A stretch of 64,000 nt of DNA from Bacteroidota bacterium (GCA_026391855.1 JAPLDE010000043.1:11505-75504), one strand, 5' to 3'; shown: positions 34,711 through 45,567, counted from the stretch's first letter. Notes: generated by a model from the letters alone, not told the origin. Program-made: numbers and translations.

Positions 34711-36348
34711 CTACTTTTTCTTGGTAGTAATGGTGTAGGTCCAGTTTGCAGGATCCAGTTTCATCTTGATGTTAAATGTGCCTGCTGTAACGGCGATATT
34801 AGCTCCGTTATATTCCAGGGTACCGTTGGCTCCGTCGTCTCCGAAGTTGATACCCCAGTCGTCGTTGGCCCTGAACTTGATTTCTCCGGCAACCAGTGTC
34901 AGGTTCTGGAACTGCCAGGTATAGGGTTCAGCACTTCCGACCAGGGTCATATTGGTATCGCTGTTCCATCCGACAACGGGGACACCGCTGCCGATGATCC
35001 CCCAGTTGGTAACAATCGTAGTGAATGTGAGGGTATTGAAGTCGACGGTGATCCTATAGAAACCGTCAGCTGTCACGGGACAGTTTTCTTCATTATCCTG
35101 CAGCAATACTCCGGGGAAACCGGGTTTCTGGCCCCAGTCGCCATTCCAGCTGCCTTTGTTCGGCAGGAATTTATAACCGCCGCCTGCAGCATTTAAAGGT
35201 GCGTAGATCTGGAATATACCGGCCGACAACTTTGTAAAAGGGGCGGCAGCATTCTGGTCCCAGCCTACGGGTGTGGATCCTCCAACAAGGTAGAGGCTGT
35301 CGGGCGGGGCAAAGCTGGTCACTTTAAACTTTCCGGAGGTAAAATCAACATTAATCACATAATTACCGGTGGCGGCAACCGAAATGTTATTTCCTCCGGG
35401 GTTTAAGGCATATTCCTGGTCGAGATTGATGGGGTTGGTTTCAAAGGTTCCCCAGTTGACATCCCAGGATCCGATTTTCAACACAAATTTGAACCCTTTC
35501 GGACTTCCTTCGAGGGGCAAAGATTTGGTGAACTTATTTGGGCTGACATTATTCAGGGGCACAGGATTGTTGATATCCCAGCCGGCTGTAGTGGCATCAC
35601 CAAGTACATATAAAGTACTGATTTTATTGACTTTAACCTTGCCATCAACAGAAACATCCCCGCTGCTCGTTGTGATCACAAAAGAAAAATCATACGTTCC
35701 TTCGTTTACTGTGTTGGGAATGGTAACATGTTCGGTCACCAGGTAGGAATTCTTTGCAGCCGTGGTATCCGGGGCAAATTCATCAGGGTTGGCCATGTTG
35801 ACCGATCCCTCCTGAACCTCGGTAATATAATTGATCCTCAGCACGATACCTGTCGGAGGCTCCTTATAATTCAACCGCATTTTGAAGATACCGGTCAAAC
35901 CGGACAACAACGGATCGGTTATACCTGCAACCGGAGTAAGGATAAAGGCATTCAGTCCCTGAGCGATTTTGAAGGTCACTGTTTTTGTAACAGTCTGGTC
36001 ATCGAAATCGGTGGCAGTAACCGAACAGGTATACCCGTTCGGATCGATGGTGAGGTTTTCGGGGATAGTCACCGGGATACTAAAGGAAATTGAATTACCT
36101 GAACCGGTAATGAGGTAACTTTTATTCAGCACCACCAGGTTTCCGCTGTTAAATCCTTTTGGTGCGCTGATGACGCCGGTGAAAGTATAAACCACGCCGG
36201 TGGATACGATTTCACCACTGGCAGGTGCTGTGATTGTGATGGTTACAGGTCCCGAGGTCAGACCGGGGCCCTGCACTTCCAGTTCCTTCTTACAGCTATA
36301 TGCCAGTACGGCAAAAACTGCGAAAGCTATGAACAGTATTTTTTTCAT
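34711..36348 (-). CDS. SusE/SusF-like outer-membrane starch-binding lipoprotein
   Basis: The lipoprotein signal is MKKILFIAFAVFAVLAYSCKKE. Repeated C-terminal modules carry L(Y)(V/L)xGxxxxxGW(D/N) motifs (LYVLGDATTAGWD, LYLVGGSTPVGWD, WGIIGSGVPVVGWN). It sits downstream of susCD. Confidence 0.7.
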   Translation of the reverse strand: MKKILFIAFAVFAVLAYSCKKELEVQGPGLTSGPVTITITAPASGEIVSTGVVYTFTGVISAPKGFNSGNLVVLNKSYLITGSGNSISFSIPVTIPENLTIDPNGYTCSVTATDFDDQTVTKTVTFKIAQGLNAFILTPVAGITDPLLSGLTGIFKMRLNYKEPPTGIVLRINYITEVQEGSVNMANPDEFAPDTTAAKNSYLVTEHVTIPNTVNEGTYDFSFVITTSSGDVSVDGKVKVNKISTLYVLGDATTAGWDINNPVPLNNVSPNKFTKSLPLEGSPKGFKFVLKIGSWDVNWGTFETNPINLDQEYALNPGGNNISVAATGNYVINVDFTSGKFKVTSFAPPDSLYLVGGSTPVGWDQNAAAPFTKLSAGIFQIYAPLNAAGGGYKFLPNKGSWNGDWGQKPGFPGVLLQDNEENCPVTADGFYRITVDFNTLTFTTIVTNWGIIGSGVPVVGWNSDTNMTLVGSAEPYTWQFQNLTLVAGEIKFRANDDWGINFGDDGANGTLEYNGANIAVTAGTFNIKMKLDPANWTYTITTKKK

Positions 36349-36374
36349 ATTGAGAGATTTTACTTTTCAGTTAA

Positions 36375-37579
36375 TTAATCAGCCTTTAATATTTTATCAA
36401 TTTTGTACAGTTTGGGGTCCATATTTCCGAAAGGGCTAACCAAACCATCATAATTGACGAATTTGAAGAAGATCTTTTTAACTTCGACACCAGTTGGTAA
36501 TTCATTTTCAGTGAAGAGGTTACGTAAGATGAAGTGAAACTCGAACGTGCCATCGGCAAGATTTTGCATCTGAAGTCTGGACGTTTTCGTCAGGTCTCCA
36601 ATGGCGACAGGTATGAGGTTCCCGGTAGCAGTTTCGAATTCCATATAGATAAAGACCCGGTCGCTTCCGGTCAGTATACCCTGTGGAAGTCCGGAACCTA
36701 TGGTATCCAGTTTGGGATTATAATTTATATTGATCAGGTCAAGATCGGTAACTTTGGTTGGAAAAGGAGTAAAGGCACCCGAAGAAACACTACCTGTCTG
36801 TGGTTTGATCTTGAAATCGAAACCTGCAACATCCCGGGCTGTTAAATTCCAGGAACCATTGTTGAAGATAAAATCAAGTTCTTTAATGACGATTTCAGGT
36901 AAAGGGAAAACGTTTTTGGGCCAGAAGTCATACTGGGAAAGGTTTGTTTCATTGGGCACAGCGTTACATTTGGCATTGACGTCACCCAGAACATTGTACT
37001 GTGAACTGGGGCTCCATGAATTGGCACCCAGCCAGATGAAAACGTTCTGGCCGATGAGCTGACCCTGGGTTGAACCATCGCCCGACCAGGCCGTTGCCAG
37101 GTTGACCATAACGGAAATGGGTTTACCATAATACCGGCGTTCAAGGCATGATAATCAAAGAGTTCGAAGGCATTTCCATTGGCTTCTTTGAAGTCATCAG
37201 TTTGTTTTGTGCCATCTTCCGTTTTGATCAGTCCTTCGATTTTATACCCGAACAGGTCTGCCGTTATACCCCACAGGGTAGTTGGAACACAGGTCAGGGT
37301 ATATAACGCATCGTTGGTGGCATCTTTGGTAAGCAACGTATTGGGGGTGGGAGAGCCCCAGGGTTCTATTTCCTTGGGCGTCCAGGAGTAAAGATGCAGG
37401 TTGGTCATTCCTACCAGGCCGGTTCCGGTCAGGTCGAAATAAAAAGTGACCGTCTGGTCGGGTTTAAAGGCTGCCGGGCTGGAATAAACCGCATTTACGG
37501 CACCAACATTTTCGGCAAAAGTTTGCACCGAAAGTAAGATACACAGTATCAGTAAAATAGATTGCAATATTTTTTTCAT
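36375..37579 (-). pseudogene. SusE-like secreted protein gene interrupted by a frameshift (ORFs 36842-37579 and 36375-37109)
   Basis: The N-terminal ORF has a signal peptide and a plausible sequence up to ..ELFDYHALNAG, then turns into low-quality sequence. The second frame is open from about 37154 and continues plausibly (YYGKPISVMVNLATAWSGDGS...). The shift must lie at about 37110-37155. Confidence 0.55.
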
Positions 37580-37582
37580 GGC

Positions 37583-38074
37583 TTATTGTTTTTTCAGGTA
37601 ATACTGATAACCGATAATCTTGTTACCACCGGAATACCGGTCATATGAAATGGTAAATTGGTCGAATCCTTCTCTGGGAGGAGCAATGATTGCAAATTTA
37701 TCGGTAACAGTACCATTCGTCAGGTTGAGAAATTCGGGATAGTCGTTTGCATCGAAGCTCCAGCTTCCCGACGAAAGTTTGCAGAAATTATAACCGGCAC
37801 CAGTAATGGTGAAGGTGTTGTCAGTAAAAGTGAAGGTCAGGTTGGTGAACTGATTGTTAGCGGGAACATCGGCGGCAAAGCTTTTCTGGTAAACATCAGC
37901 AGCAGCGGCTTTGGCGACATAATCAACCTGGATCATCCTTGTAGGCACCCAGGTCCCTTTGATACCGGCAACCTTGGAGGGATAATCACCGACAGATCCA
38001 TAGTCTTTCTTGCAACTCTGGAAGGTGATCCCAATGGCAAGGAATATGGCGATAATGAATATGTATTTTTTCAT
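37583..38074 (-). CDS. small PUL-encoded lipoprotein, unknown function
   Basis: The lipoprotein signal is MKKYIFIIAIFLAIGITFQSCKKD. The 163 aa gene lies between susD and the SusE-like genes. Confidence 0.6.
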   Translation of the reverse strand: MKKYIFIIAIFLAIGITFQSCKKDYGSVGDYPSKVAGIKGTWVPTRMIQVDYVAKAAAADVYQKSFAADVPANNQFTNLTFTFTDNTFTITGAGYNFCKLSSGSWSFDANDYPEFLNLTNGTVTDKFAIIAPPREGFDQFTISYDRYSGGNKIIGYQYYLKKQ

Positions 38075-38085
38075 GGGATATTTTT

Positions 38086-39456
38086 TTAATTAAGAACGAT
38101 ATTGGGATTACCATTTTGCTCGAGGTCAGGGATCTGGAAGATCAGTTTGGGTGAATTCCAGCCCACACCACCATGGATATTACTGCTTTGCAGACGTTTA
38201 AGGTCGAAAAAGTACTTCCCTTCCAGGGCCAGTTCTTTCCTTCGCTCCAGCAGGATATTATCGGCTGTGGCAGCAGTTTGAGGGACACCGGCTCTGATCT
38301 GAATGGCGTTCAGGTCTGCATCAGGGGTTCCCTGGGTGGTAGCCAGACCGGCTTCGGCCCGGATAAGCAGGATCTCGTTATAACAGATCACCGGGGCAAC
38401 CATATACTCGTAGTTATATTTTGTGGAATACAGCCCGGAGGTATTGTTCTGACCGGCCTTATTAACCAGTTGGGTAGCCCGGATATCGGTATTGATAGTT
38501 TTCAGGATGGTTGCCAGGTTACTGCTCGGACCGAATCCCGGAGGATCTAATTTATTGGTACGGTAAGAATCAATATATCCGCTGCCTGAGTTATCCGAAG
38601 TAGCGCTGCTGGCCAGTCCGAAAATGACTTCGTGAGTAGTGCTGTCGAGACTGGCGCTGGCAAATTTAGCAAGCCAGTAGTTATCCAGGGAATATCTTCC
38701 CGTACTAACCACTTTATCAGCGTATTGAAAAGCTTTGGCCATATTTCCCATCTGCAGGTACACTTTGGCAAGGAAGGCAGTGGCGCCATCCATGGAGACA
38801 TGACCCGGCAGGGCAGGAGTAACAGGCAGGTTGGCTTCGGCAGCCTGGAGTTCGGTAAGGATGAACTGGTATACCTCTTCAGCGCTTGACCTGGGCACCT
38901 GTGTAGCTGCAAATTCATTTGTTAACACTGCTTCTGTCCTTAGGGGAACGCCCGGTTGGGTATTGCTGGCAGACGGATCATAAGGAAGGGAAAAGAACTG
39001 AAGCAGGTGGAAGTAGCACACTGCCCTGATAAACTGGGCTTCAGCTTTCCAGACTTTCTTTTGATCAGCAGAGACGGTAATTTTATCCTTATCCAGATAA
39101 TCGATGACCACATTGACCCTTTGAATGGTAAGATAGGAGTTTTTCCAAATATCCCTGCCAATGGGGTTGAAGAGATTCATATTAAGGGTTTTAATCTGAC
39201 CCCATTCAAATCCCGTACTGGCGGCATCGGTTTCCTGGGCCAGTACATCGGATGCGCAGAAAGCGGTACCACCCATAACGTGGGTGTTGCGGAAAACATC
39301 ATACGCACCGTTCAGATAAGCCTGCAGGTCAGCGGCAGTTTTAAGGCCTTCATCGACCCCGACCAGGTTGTCAGGTTTAACTTCAAGCAGTTTGCTACAT
39401 GATGAGATGCTGGCAATGACGAGGAATCCTAAAAGAATGGTTATTATTTTTTTCAT
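38086..39456 (-). CDS. susD: SusD/RagB-family nutrient-binding outer membrane lipoprotein
   Basis: The lipoprotein signal ends in ..ASISSCSK. The 456 aa gene lies immediately downstream of the SusC-type gene. It has a TPR-like helical N-terminal half typical of SusD homologs. Confidence 0.9.
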   Translation of the reverse strand: MKKIITILLGFLVIASISSCSKLLEVKPDNLVGVDEGLKTAADLQAYLNGAYDVFRNTHVMGGTAFCASDVLAQETDAASTGFEWGQIKTLNMNLFNPIGRDIWKNSYLTIQRVNVVIDYLDKDKITVSADQKKVWKAEAQFIRAVCYFHLLQFFSLPYDPSASNTQPGVPLRTEAVLTNEFAATQVPRSSAEEVYQFILTELQAAEANLPVTPALPGHVSMDGATAFLAKVYLQMGNMAKAFQYADKVVSTGRYSLDNYWLAKFASASLDSTTHEVIFGLASSATSDNSGSGYIDSYRTNKLDPPGFGPSSNLATILKTINTDIRATQLVNKAGQNNTSGLYSTKYNYEYMVAPVICYNEILLIRAEAGLATTQGTPDADLNAIQIRAGVPQTAATADNILLERRKELALEGKYFFDLKRLQSSNIHGGVGWNSPKLIFQIPDLEQNGNPNIVLN

Positions 39457-39468
39457 TGCTTTGCGGTA

Positions 39469-42400
39469 TTAAAATTGAACATTAACAGAGAGGGAGTAAG
39501 TACGGGCCTGGGGTGGTGTCAGGTAAGTAACATTTGCCGACAGGTTCCTTTGCTGTTGGTTTTCCATATCGCGGAAGATCTCGGGATCCATTCCGGGATA
39601 TTCGCTCCAGGTTAAGAGGTTAGTACCCACCAGGGCAATTCTGATCTTAGTGATACCCGGGATAAGGGTGGAGGGTAGGTTATATCCGATACTTAAGCTC
39701 TTCAGTCTCAGGTAAGAAGCATCATGCAGGTATCGGTCGGTATTACGGTTGGGAACATCGGCGTCCAGGGTCATACGGGGTATGTCGGTTACATCACCGG
39801 GCTGCTGCCAGCGGTCGAGAACATCTTTACGCAGGTTCCAGTTGCCAATGGCATTTAGCTGGTATTTTTCAGAGTCATCGTAGATACTTCCGCCAATCTG
39901 GAAGTTAAACATGAGAGAACAATCCCACCTTTTATAGCTGAAATTGTTGGTAAATGATCCGATCCAATCGGGCCAGGGACTACCACAGGGCTGACGATAG
40001 TCGGTACTGTAAGTAAAGGTTTTAAAGCGGCTGGTGATCTCACCCTTTTCATTTTTTGTAATTCCTTCATAGATAGGAGCACCGGTAGCGGGATCCACAC
40101 CCAGTTCTTTAACCAGGTAATTGACGCCAACAGCATAACCTACCAGTACGCGGGTATCCCCGGTTCCGGCAAAGGCATCCGGGCCGGCATGACCGGTATT
40201 GGTAACTTCATTTTTGTTATAAGCCAGGTTGAAATTGCTGGTCCAGGTGAAATCCTGTGTCTTGACATTGTTGGTATTGAGACTGAGTTCAACCCCTTTG
40301 TTCCATAGTTCTCCGACATTTAAGAGTACATGGTCCAGTCCGGAGGAAAACGGAACAGCAGCATTGAGGTAAAGGTCTTTTGTCTTTTTGTAATATACCT
40401 CGAAAGAGCCGTTGATCCTGTCTTTCAGTATGCCGAATTCAATCCCTCCGTCAAAGGCGTTGGTTGTTTCCCATTGAAGCGTGGGATTAGGCATCTGGGT
40501 GATGTAGCGTATCGGCTGACCTCCATACGTCTTGGTATCCAGGGTGTTCAGTTTTGAATACTGGGCATCATTGGGAATTTCAGCATTACCTGTTTTACCG
40601 TATCCCACTTTCAATTTCAGGAAGCTTAGGATTTTGTTGTTTTTCAGGAATTTCTCTTCTGAAAGGATCCAACCGACAGAAATGGCGGGGAATGTACCCC
40701 ATTTATTATCTTTTCCGAAACGGGAGGAAGCATCACGACGCAAGCTGACGTTCACAATGTACTTATCGAGATAAGAATAGAAAGCACGGCCAAAGAGGGA
40801 GACAAAACCATATTGAAGTCCTGTAATTCCCTGAGCATTAGTATATTCCCCATTATCAATCAGAGTTTGGGCAATGGTCGGGTCCTTATAGAAAGGTGCT
40901 CCTTCTTCTCCTGTCAGGAAGGTAACTGTTTTTGTCTGATCATAAGTGGTGTTATTGCTAAGAACTTCATCGCCGGCCATCAGTTTAAACCTGTGGACTT
41001 TATTGATATCGAAATCATAGTTCAGCAACATATTTCCCATCAGTGTCCTGGGTTTGGTGATGGTTTGTTTTGCCCAGGCCCGGGTAACGATGGTCGTATT
41101 TTTAAATTCATCGAAAGTACGGGAATAATAGTCGACACCACCTTCCAACCTCAGGGTGAGGGTTTTCCAGATCTTATAGTTGAGGTAGGCATTGGTGATG
41201 GTTCTTACATAATGTTCTCTCAACAGGCGGTTTTCCAGTTCAGCGACAGGGTTATAGGCGCCGTTCCATGCCTGTGGAAAGGTGTAATATTTATCAGTAT
41301 TTGTTTGATCATAAATAGGCCAGTAAGGTAGAGCGGTTGATCCGGCTTTACCCAGACCGCCGTCCCAGGAAACGGGAACCAGATGGTTTACCGAGTTGGC
41401 AAAACTGGCGTTTAATCCAACCTGCAGGTCTTCATTAATTTTATAATCCAGGTTCCACCTGGCGGAGAATAAATTAAAGGAATTATTATCCAGATAGCTT
41501 TCATCATTGTGATAACCCACGCTGAAGTAGCTGGCCAGGTTCTTGTTCCCATAGGTCATAGAGGCATCAAAGGCATGGCCAACTCCCACCCGGGTAACTT
41601 CTTTCTGCCAGTCGGTGGTTTTATAACCCTGTGCAGCGACAGTTCTGGGATCAAAACCTCCATAGAGCAGGGGAATATTGGGTTCACCGGTACCGGTAGC
41701 AGCGCCGTTGGCCACTCCGAATCTCTTGTCGTTTTCAAAAGCCTCTACATAAAGTTTAACATATTCCTCAGTATTAAGCAGATGATAAAGCTGAGTGGGT
41801 GTTGACAATGTAGTTCTGTAACCCACATCGAAAACCGGTTTTGGGTGAGCCGTGGTTGACGGACCAAGTTTTGCTCTTTTTGTTGTGATGATCACAACTC
41901 CGTTTGCTCCGCGCGAACCGTAGATGGCAGTAGCAGAAGCGTCCTTGAGAATATCGATGGATTCGATATCATCAGTGTTAATGGTATTCAGCGGGTTGGT
42001 ATTGACAGCTCCGATCCGGTCCCCGGTATTTTGAGGGATCACGATTCCGTCGATGACGTATAAAGGATCGCCACCGGAGGTAATCGAACCCACCCCCCTG
42101 ATCTTAACAGAGGAGCCTGCACCGGCGAGTCCTGAAGATTGAATAACCGTCACCCCAGGCGCTCTTCCCTGAAGACCTGCATCAAAGGATGGCACTGGTA
42201 ATGAGGCTATTTCATTCCCCTTAACCTTGTAAATGGACCCTGTTACATCATGCCTGTTCTGGGTACCATAACCCACAACCACTACCTGGTTCAACATGGT
42301 CTGTTTTTGTTTCATCTGGATGTTCATCGACTCTGTAGCCTGAATCTCAATGGGTTCATAACCTACAAAGGAAAACACCAGCAATGATCCTTTGGGTGCT

Positions 42401-42612
42401 GAAAGTTTAAAGGCACCGTTCAGGTCGGTAGTAGTACCGTTGGTGGTGCCTTTCTCCAGCACAGTTACACCGATCATCGTCTCTTTAGTGTCCGAATCGG
42501 TGACTTTGCCGCTTATCTGTATGCGTTGGGCCAGTATTACACCGGTTAGCCCCAGCATCATACTTACAGTCAGCAGCGTTCTTAAAAACAAGTAAAAGTG
42601 CTTCATAAGCAA
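39469..42612 (-). CDS. susC: SusC/RagA-family TonB-dependent outer membrane transporter
   Basis: It has a carboxypeptidase-regulatory-like N-domain (ISGKVTDSDTKETMIGVTVLEKGTTNGTTTDLNGAFKL) and a plug with VVVGYGTQNRHDVTGSI. The ~1047 aa barrel ends in a terminal Phe. Confidence 0.95.
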   Translation of the reverse strand: MLMKHFYLFLRTLLTVSMMLGLTGVILAQRIQISGKVTDSDTKETMIGVTVLEKGTTNGTTTDLNGAFKLSAPKGSLLVFSFVGYEPIEIQATESMNIQMKQKQTMLNQVVVVGYGTQNRHDVTGSIYKVKGNEIASLPVPSFDAGLQGRAPGVTVIQSSGLAGAGSSVKIRGVGSITSGGDPLYVIDGIVIPQNTGDRIGAVNTNPLNTINTDDIESIDILKDASATAIYGSRGANGVVIITTKRAKLGPSTTAHPKPVFDVGYRTTLSTPTQLYHLLNTEEYVKLYVEAFENDKRFGVANGAATGTGEPNIPLLYGGFDPRTVAAQGYKTTDWQKEVTRVGVGHAFDASMTYGNKNLASYFSVGYHNDESYLDNNSFNLFSARWNLDYKINEDLQVGLNASFANSVNHLVPVSWDGGLGKAGSTALPYWPIYDQTNTDKYYTFPQAWNGAYNPVAELENRLLREHYVRTITNAYLNYKIWKTLTLRLEGGVDYYSRTFDEFKNTTIVTRAWAKQTITKPRTLMGNMLLNYDFDINKVHRFKLMAGDEVLSNNTTYDQTKTVTFLTGEEGAPFYKDPTIAQTLIDNGEYTNAQGITGLQYGFVSLFGRAFYSYLDKYIVNVSLRRDASSRFGKDNKWGTFPAISVGWILSEEKFLKNNKILSFLKLKVGYGKTGNAEIPNDAQYSKLNTLDTKTYGGQPIRYITQMPNPTLQWETTNAFDGGIEFGILKDRINGSFEVYYKKTKDLYLNAAVPFSSGLDHVLLNVGELWNKGVELSLNTNNVKTQDFTWTSNFNLAYNKNEVTNTGHAGPDAFAGTGDTRVLVGYAVGVNYLVKELGVDPATGAPIYEGITKNEKGEITSRFKTFTYSTDYRQPCGSPWPDWIGSFTNNFSYKRWDCSLMFNFQIGGSIYDDSEKYQLNAIGNWNLRKDVLDRWQQPGDVTDIPRMTLDADVPNRNTDRYLHDASYLRLKSLSIGYNLPSTLIPGITKIRIALVGTNLLTWSEYPGMDPEIFRDMENQQQRNLSANVTYLTPPQARTYSLSVNVQF

Positions 42613-42785
42613 AAATTGTTTAATTAGGTTGGATAAATATGTTAATGATAGCTTTTTTGGTGTTCCGTCATTTCTGTTCCCGATTACTAAAATACTAAAT
42701 ACTAAGTAACAATTTTTAATAATTAGTTTAATGCGGTAAAATTTTAAAATTATTTTGTATGCAATTGATTAGCAAGCTTTTATTA

Positions 42786-45567
42786 TTAAAGAATAATAAA
42801 TTTTGCTGTTATGACCCGCTTTTCTGACTTCATTCTGACAACATACAAGCCTTTTTTACCCGGTGAGTAATGTATGATACATTCATTATTGATAATCAGG
42901 CCTGAAATTTCATCCACTTTTTGTCCCTGGGTATTATAAATTTCCAGGGTGTAATTCTTAGTATTGTTGGATAATACATTGATATTAACATAATTATCTG
43001 AAGGGTTGGGGTATATACTGATTACCGGTGAAGTAGGTTCCAGGTCCGGGATCCCGATAGGAGTGGCCAGCTTTTTCGAGGTATAGATTCTGAACTCACC
43101 CGGCTGAAGGGCGATCAGCGCATTGATGCTGTTGACGGTCAGTGAATCGCCTGAAAAATAATCATACCAGGTACCTGCATGGTAGAAATTGGGAATGATG
43201 GATGAAGCCTGAACGCCAAAATTGCCAAGGACGACCATGGACATATCATCTCCCTGGAGCCGGATCTTTTTCAGGGCATTCTGCAGGTCGTAATCGAAGT
43301 CGGCGGTTTCGAAAACAGGGTTATCCTTTTTCAGTTTGATCATTTCTGCCCACTGGAACAGCAGGTATCTTCGCTGCCAGTTTTCGAGATAGTCCCAGCG
43401 GGGTGGTTTGGCATCCATCCTGCAGGCTGAGGTCATACAGGGCCAGTTGATGGAATAATCATACCCTCTTTCTCCGAATTGCAGTATCATTTTGGGACCG
43501 GGAAGGGTAAAGAAAAAAGCCCCGTTCAGAGCCATACGGCGCAGGGCAGTCAGGGTGTCCCTGATGTTATACGATCCGCTGATGGTGCCGCTCTGGATGC
43601 AGTTGAACATCTGTCTCTCTTCATCATGGCTCTCCATATAGGTAACCAGGTTTGGCTTTGTCCATTGGCGGTTGGTATAGACACCCCAGCTCAGGTCCGA
43701 CAGGCTGTTGCCGGTAAAACCGCAGCCTGAATTTCTGTATGCACCGTTCATATTACCCCAAAGGAGCATTCCCTTGGTAGAAAGTTCCTTCTCCTCCGTA
43801 TTGTCGGCAAAATGTTCAAGGATGAGGCAGGCGGATGGTTTTACCTTTATAATGGTATCAAAATAGCCTGACAGTATTGCAATCCTGGAAGCATCATAGG
43901 CACCCCAGGCCGCGGTGTTGCCCAGGGTATTGGTCTGGGTAAAGCCTTTGGAAAGATCGAAACGGTAACCATCGAACCTGTACTTTGTAAGCCAGAACTT
44001 TAAAATGTTACTTATATAATATTTGGTGTCGGGGGATTCATGGTTAAAGTCATAACCGACATTGAAGTCATGTTTTGGAATGGGGTTATAGAAAGGACTA
44101 TTGGCGGCCGGACGGTTCAGGGTTTTGTCCCAGTATAGCATTACATAGGGAGAAGAACCGAATGAATGGTTGAGGACAATGTCGGAGATCACTGCTATTC
44201 CCAACTGGTGGCAGGTATCGATCAACTGCTGAAGGCGGAAAGCCGGGCCATAGTATTTATCTACAGCGAAATAAAAATCCGGGTTATACCCCCAGCTTAA
44301 GTTACCTTCGAACTCACTCACCGGCATTAGCTCTATTGCATTGATTCCCAGTTTTTTAAGATAACCGATTGTGTCCATCAGCGAGGTAAAGCTATGATCG
44401 TCGGTAAAGTCGCGTACCAGTAATTCATAGATGACCATGTCGGTTTTGGCAGGCGGGATAAAGCCGGAACTCTGCCAGGTATAATCGGGCTGTCCGGTCT
44501 GCAGCACCGTGGCCATGTACTGGGTTTTATCAAAAGGATAGGGGAGAATACCCGGATAGGTTGAAGGGCTGATGTACTGATCATTCCACGGGTCACTGAC
44601 TTTTTCGGCATATGGATCCCCGATCCGTATATTTCCATCGACAAGATACTGGTAGATATAGGGTTGCTGGGGGACAAGGCCGTTGATCTGCACCCAGTAA
44701 CGTTTTGTGTCCGATGATCTCTTCATATAGCCTGATTCAGCAGGGAGCCAGTTATTAAAATCACCGATGACAAAGGCAAATTCTGACTGAAGTGTCGCTC
44801 AGGTAATTTATTCCTTCTTTGGTCCCGACCGGGGGGTTAAGCGTTGTAACTGGTTGTCTGACAAACAGATAGAAAGAATCGGCGATCATTCCGGTATCAT
44901 TGGTGGCAATGGCTTTAATCAAAGTTGGTCCATAGTTTAGGGGTGTGGTGGAATAACTGAAGGTGGCCAGGGTAGTGAATGCCAGTAATTGGTTATCCTG
45001 ATAAAGGAAGGTGGTATCGGCAAAGCTGGAGTTGATAACCATGTTGACAGGAGTGCCAAGGGTAGTGATGACGATGTTGTCAGCAGGCAAGGAAAAGCCG
45101 ACGCTCAAACCGGAAGGCATGACATCCCAGAAGATATCTCCTCCCGAAGCTGTTTTTCCTTCCAGCCAGCTACCTCCAACCTGCACACCGCTTCGAAAAA
45201 CAAAAGCCAGTTTCAGGATCTGTTCACCGGCAGGAACACCATAGAACTGGCGGATATCGGGGCCTATTCCCAATTGCCAGAGGTCAATACCGATCTGGGT
45301 CAGTTTGCAGGCAGGGATATTCACTCCCCAGCCGGCTTTAACATACTTCCAGTCCGATTGGCTGGTGCTGAGGTTTGTGATGACCCCTGTGTGAGCATAT
45401 ACCTCTCCGGTATATCCGGCCAGTCCTCCATTTCCCAGGGTAGCATCAAAAACCACCGTAACTGTATCCTGGTCTGTTGGTTGAGCCGGTGTCACCGTAA
45501 TTTGAGCAAATATCTGTAATTGACAGAATATCAGGATGATAAATAAAATTCTAAACTTATTCTTCAT
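42786..45567 (-). pseudogene. T9SS-secreted GH13 alpha-amylase with N-terminal binding-type module, split by a frameshift (ORFs 44761-45567 and 42786-44726)
   Basis: The upstream ORF has a signal peptide and ends ..INYLSDTSVRICLCHR*. The downstream frame is open from 44798 and encodes ..EFAFVIGDFNNWLPAESGYMKR.., the GDFNNW E-set motif, before its first Met. GH13 regions follow (LNHSF, FDGYRFDLSKG, ILEHF, YMESHDEE) and then a T9SS CTD. Removing one nucleotide in agaattt (~44780-44785) gives the continuous sequence ..DTSVRFAFVIGDFNNW.. Confidence 0.6.

Noticed and set aside
36842-37109. Two genuinely overlapping genes (the 245-aa and 244-aa ORFs) rather than one frameshifted gene.
   Set aside because: The overlapping tail of the upstream ORF is compositionally aberrant. 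The downstream frame is open well upstream of its first Met with protein-like sequence. A single indel explains both observations.
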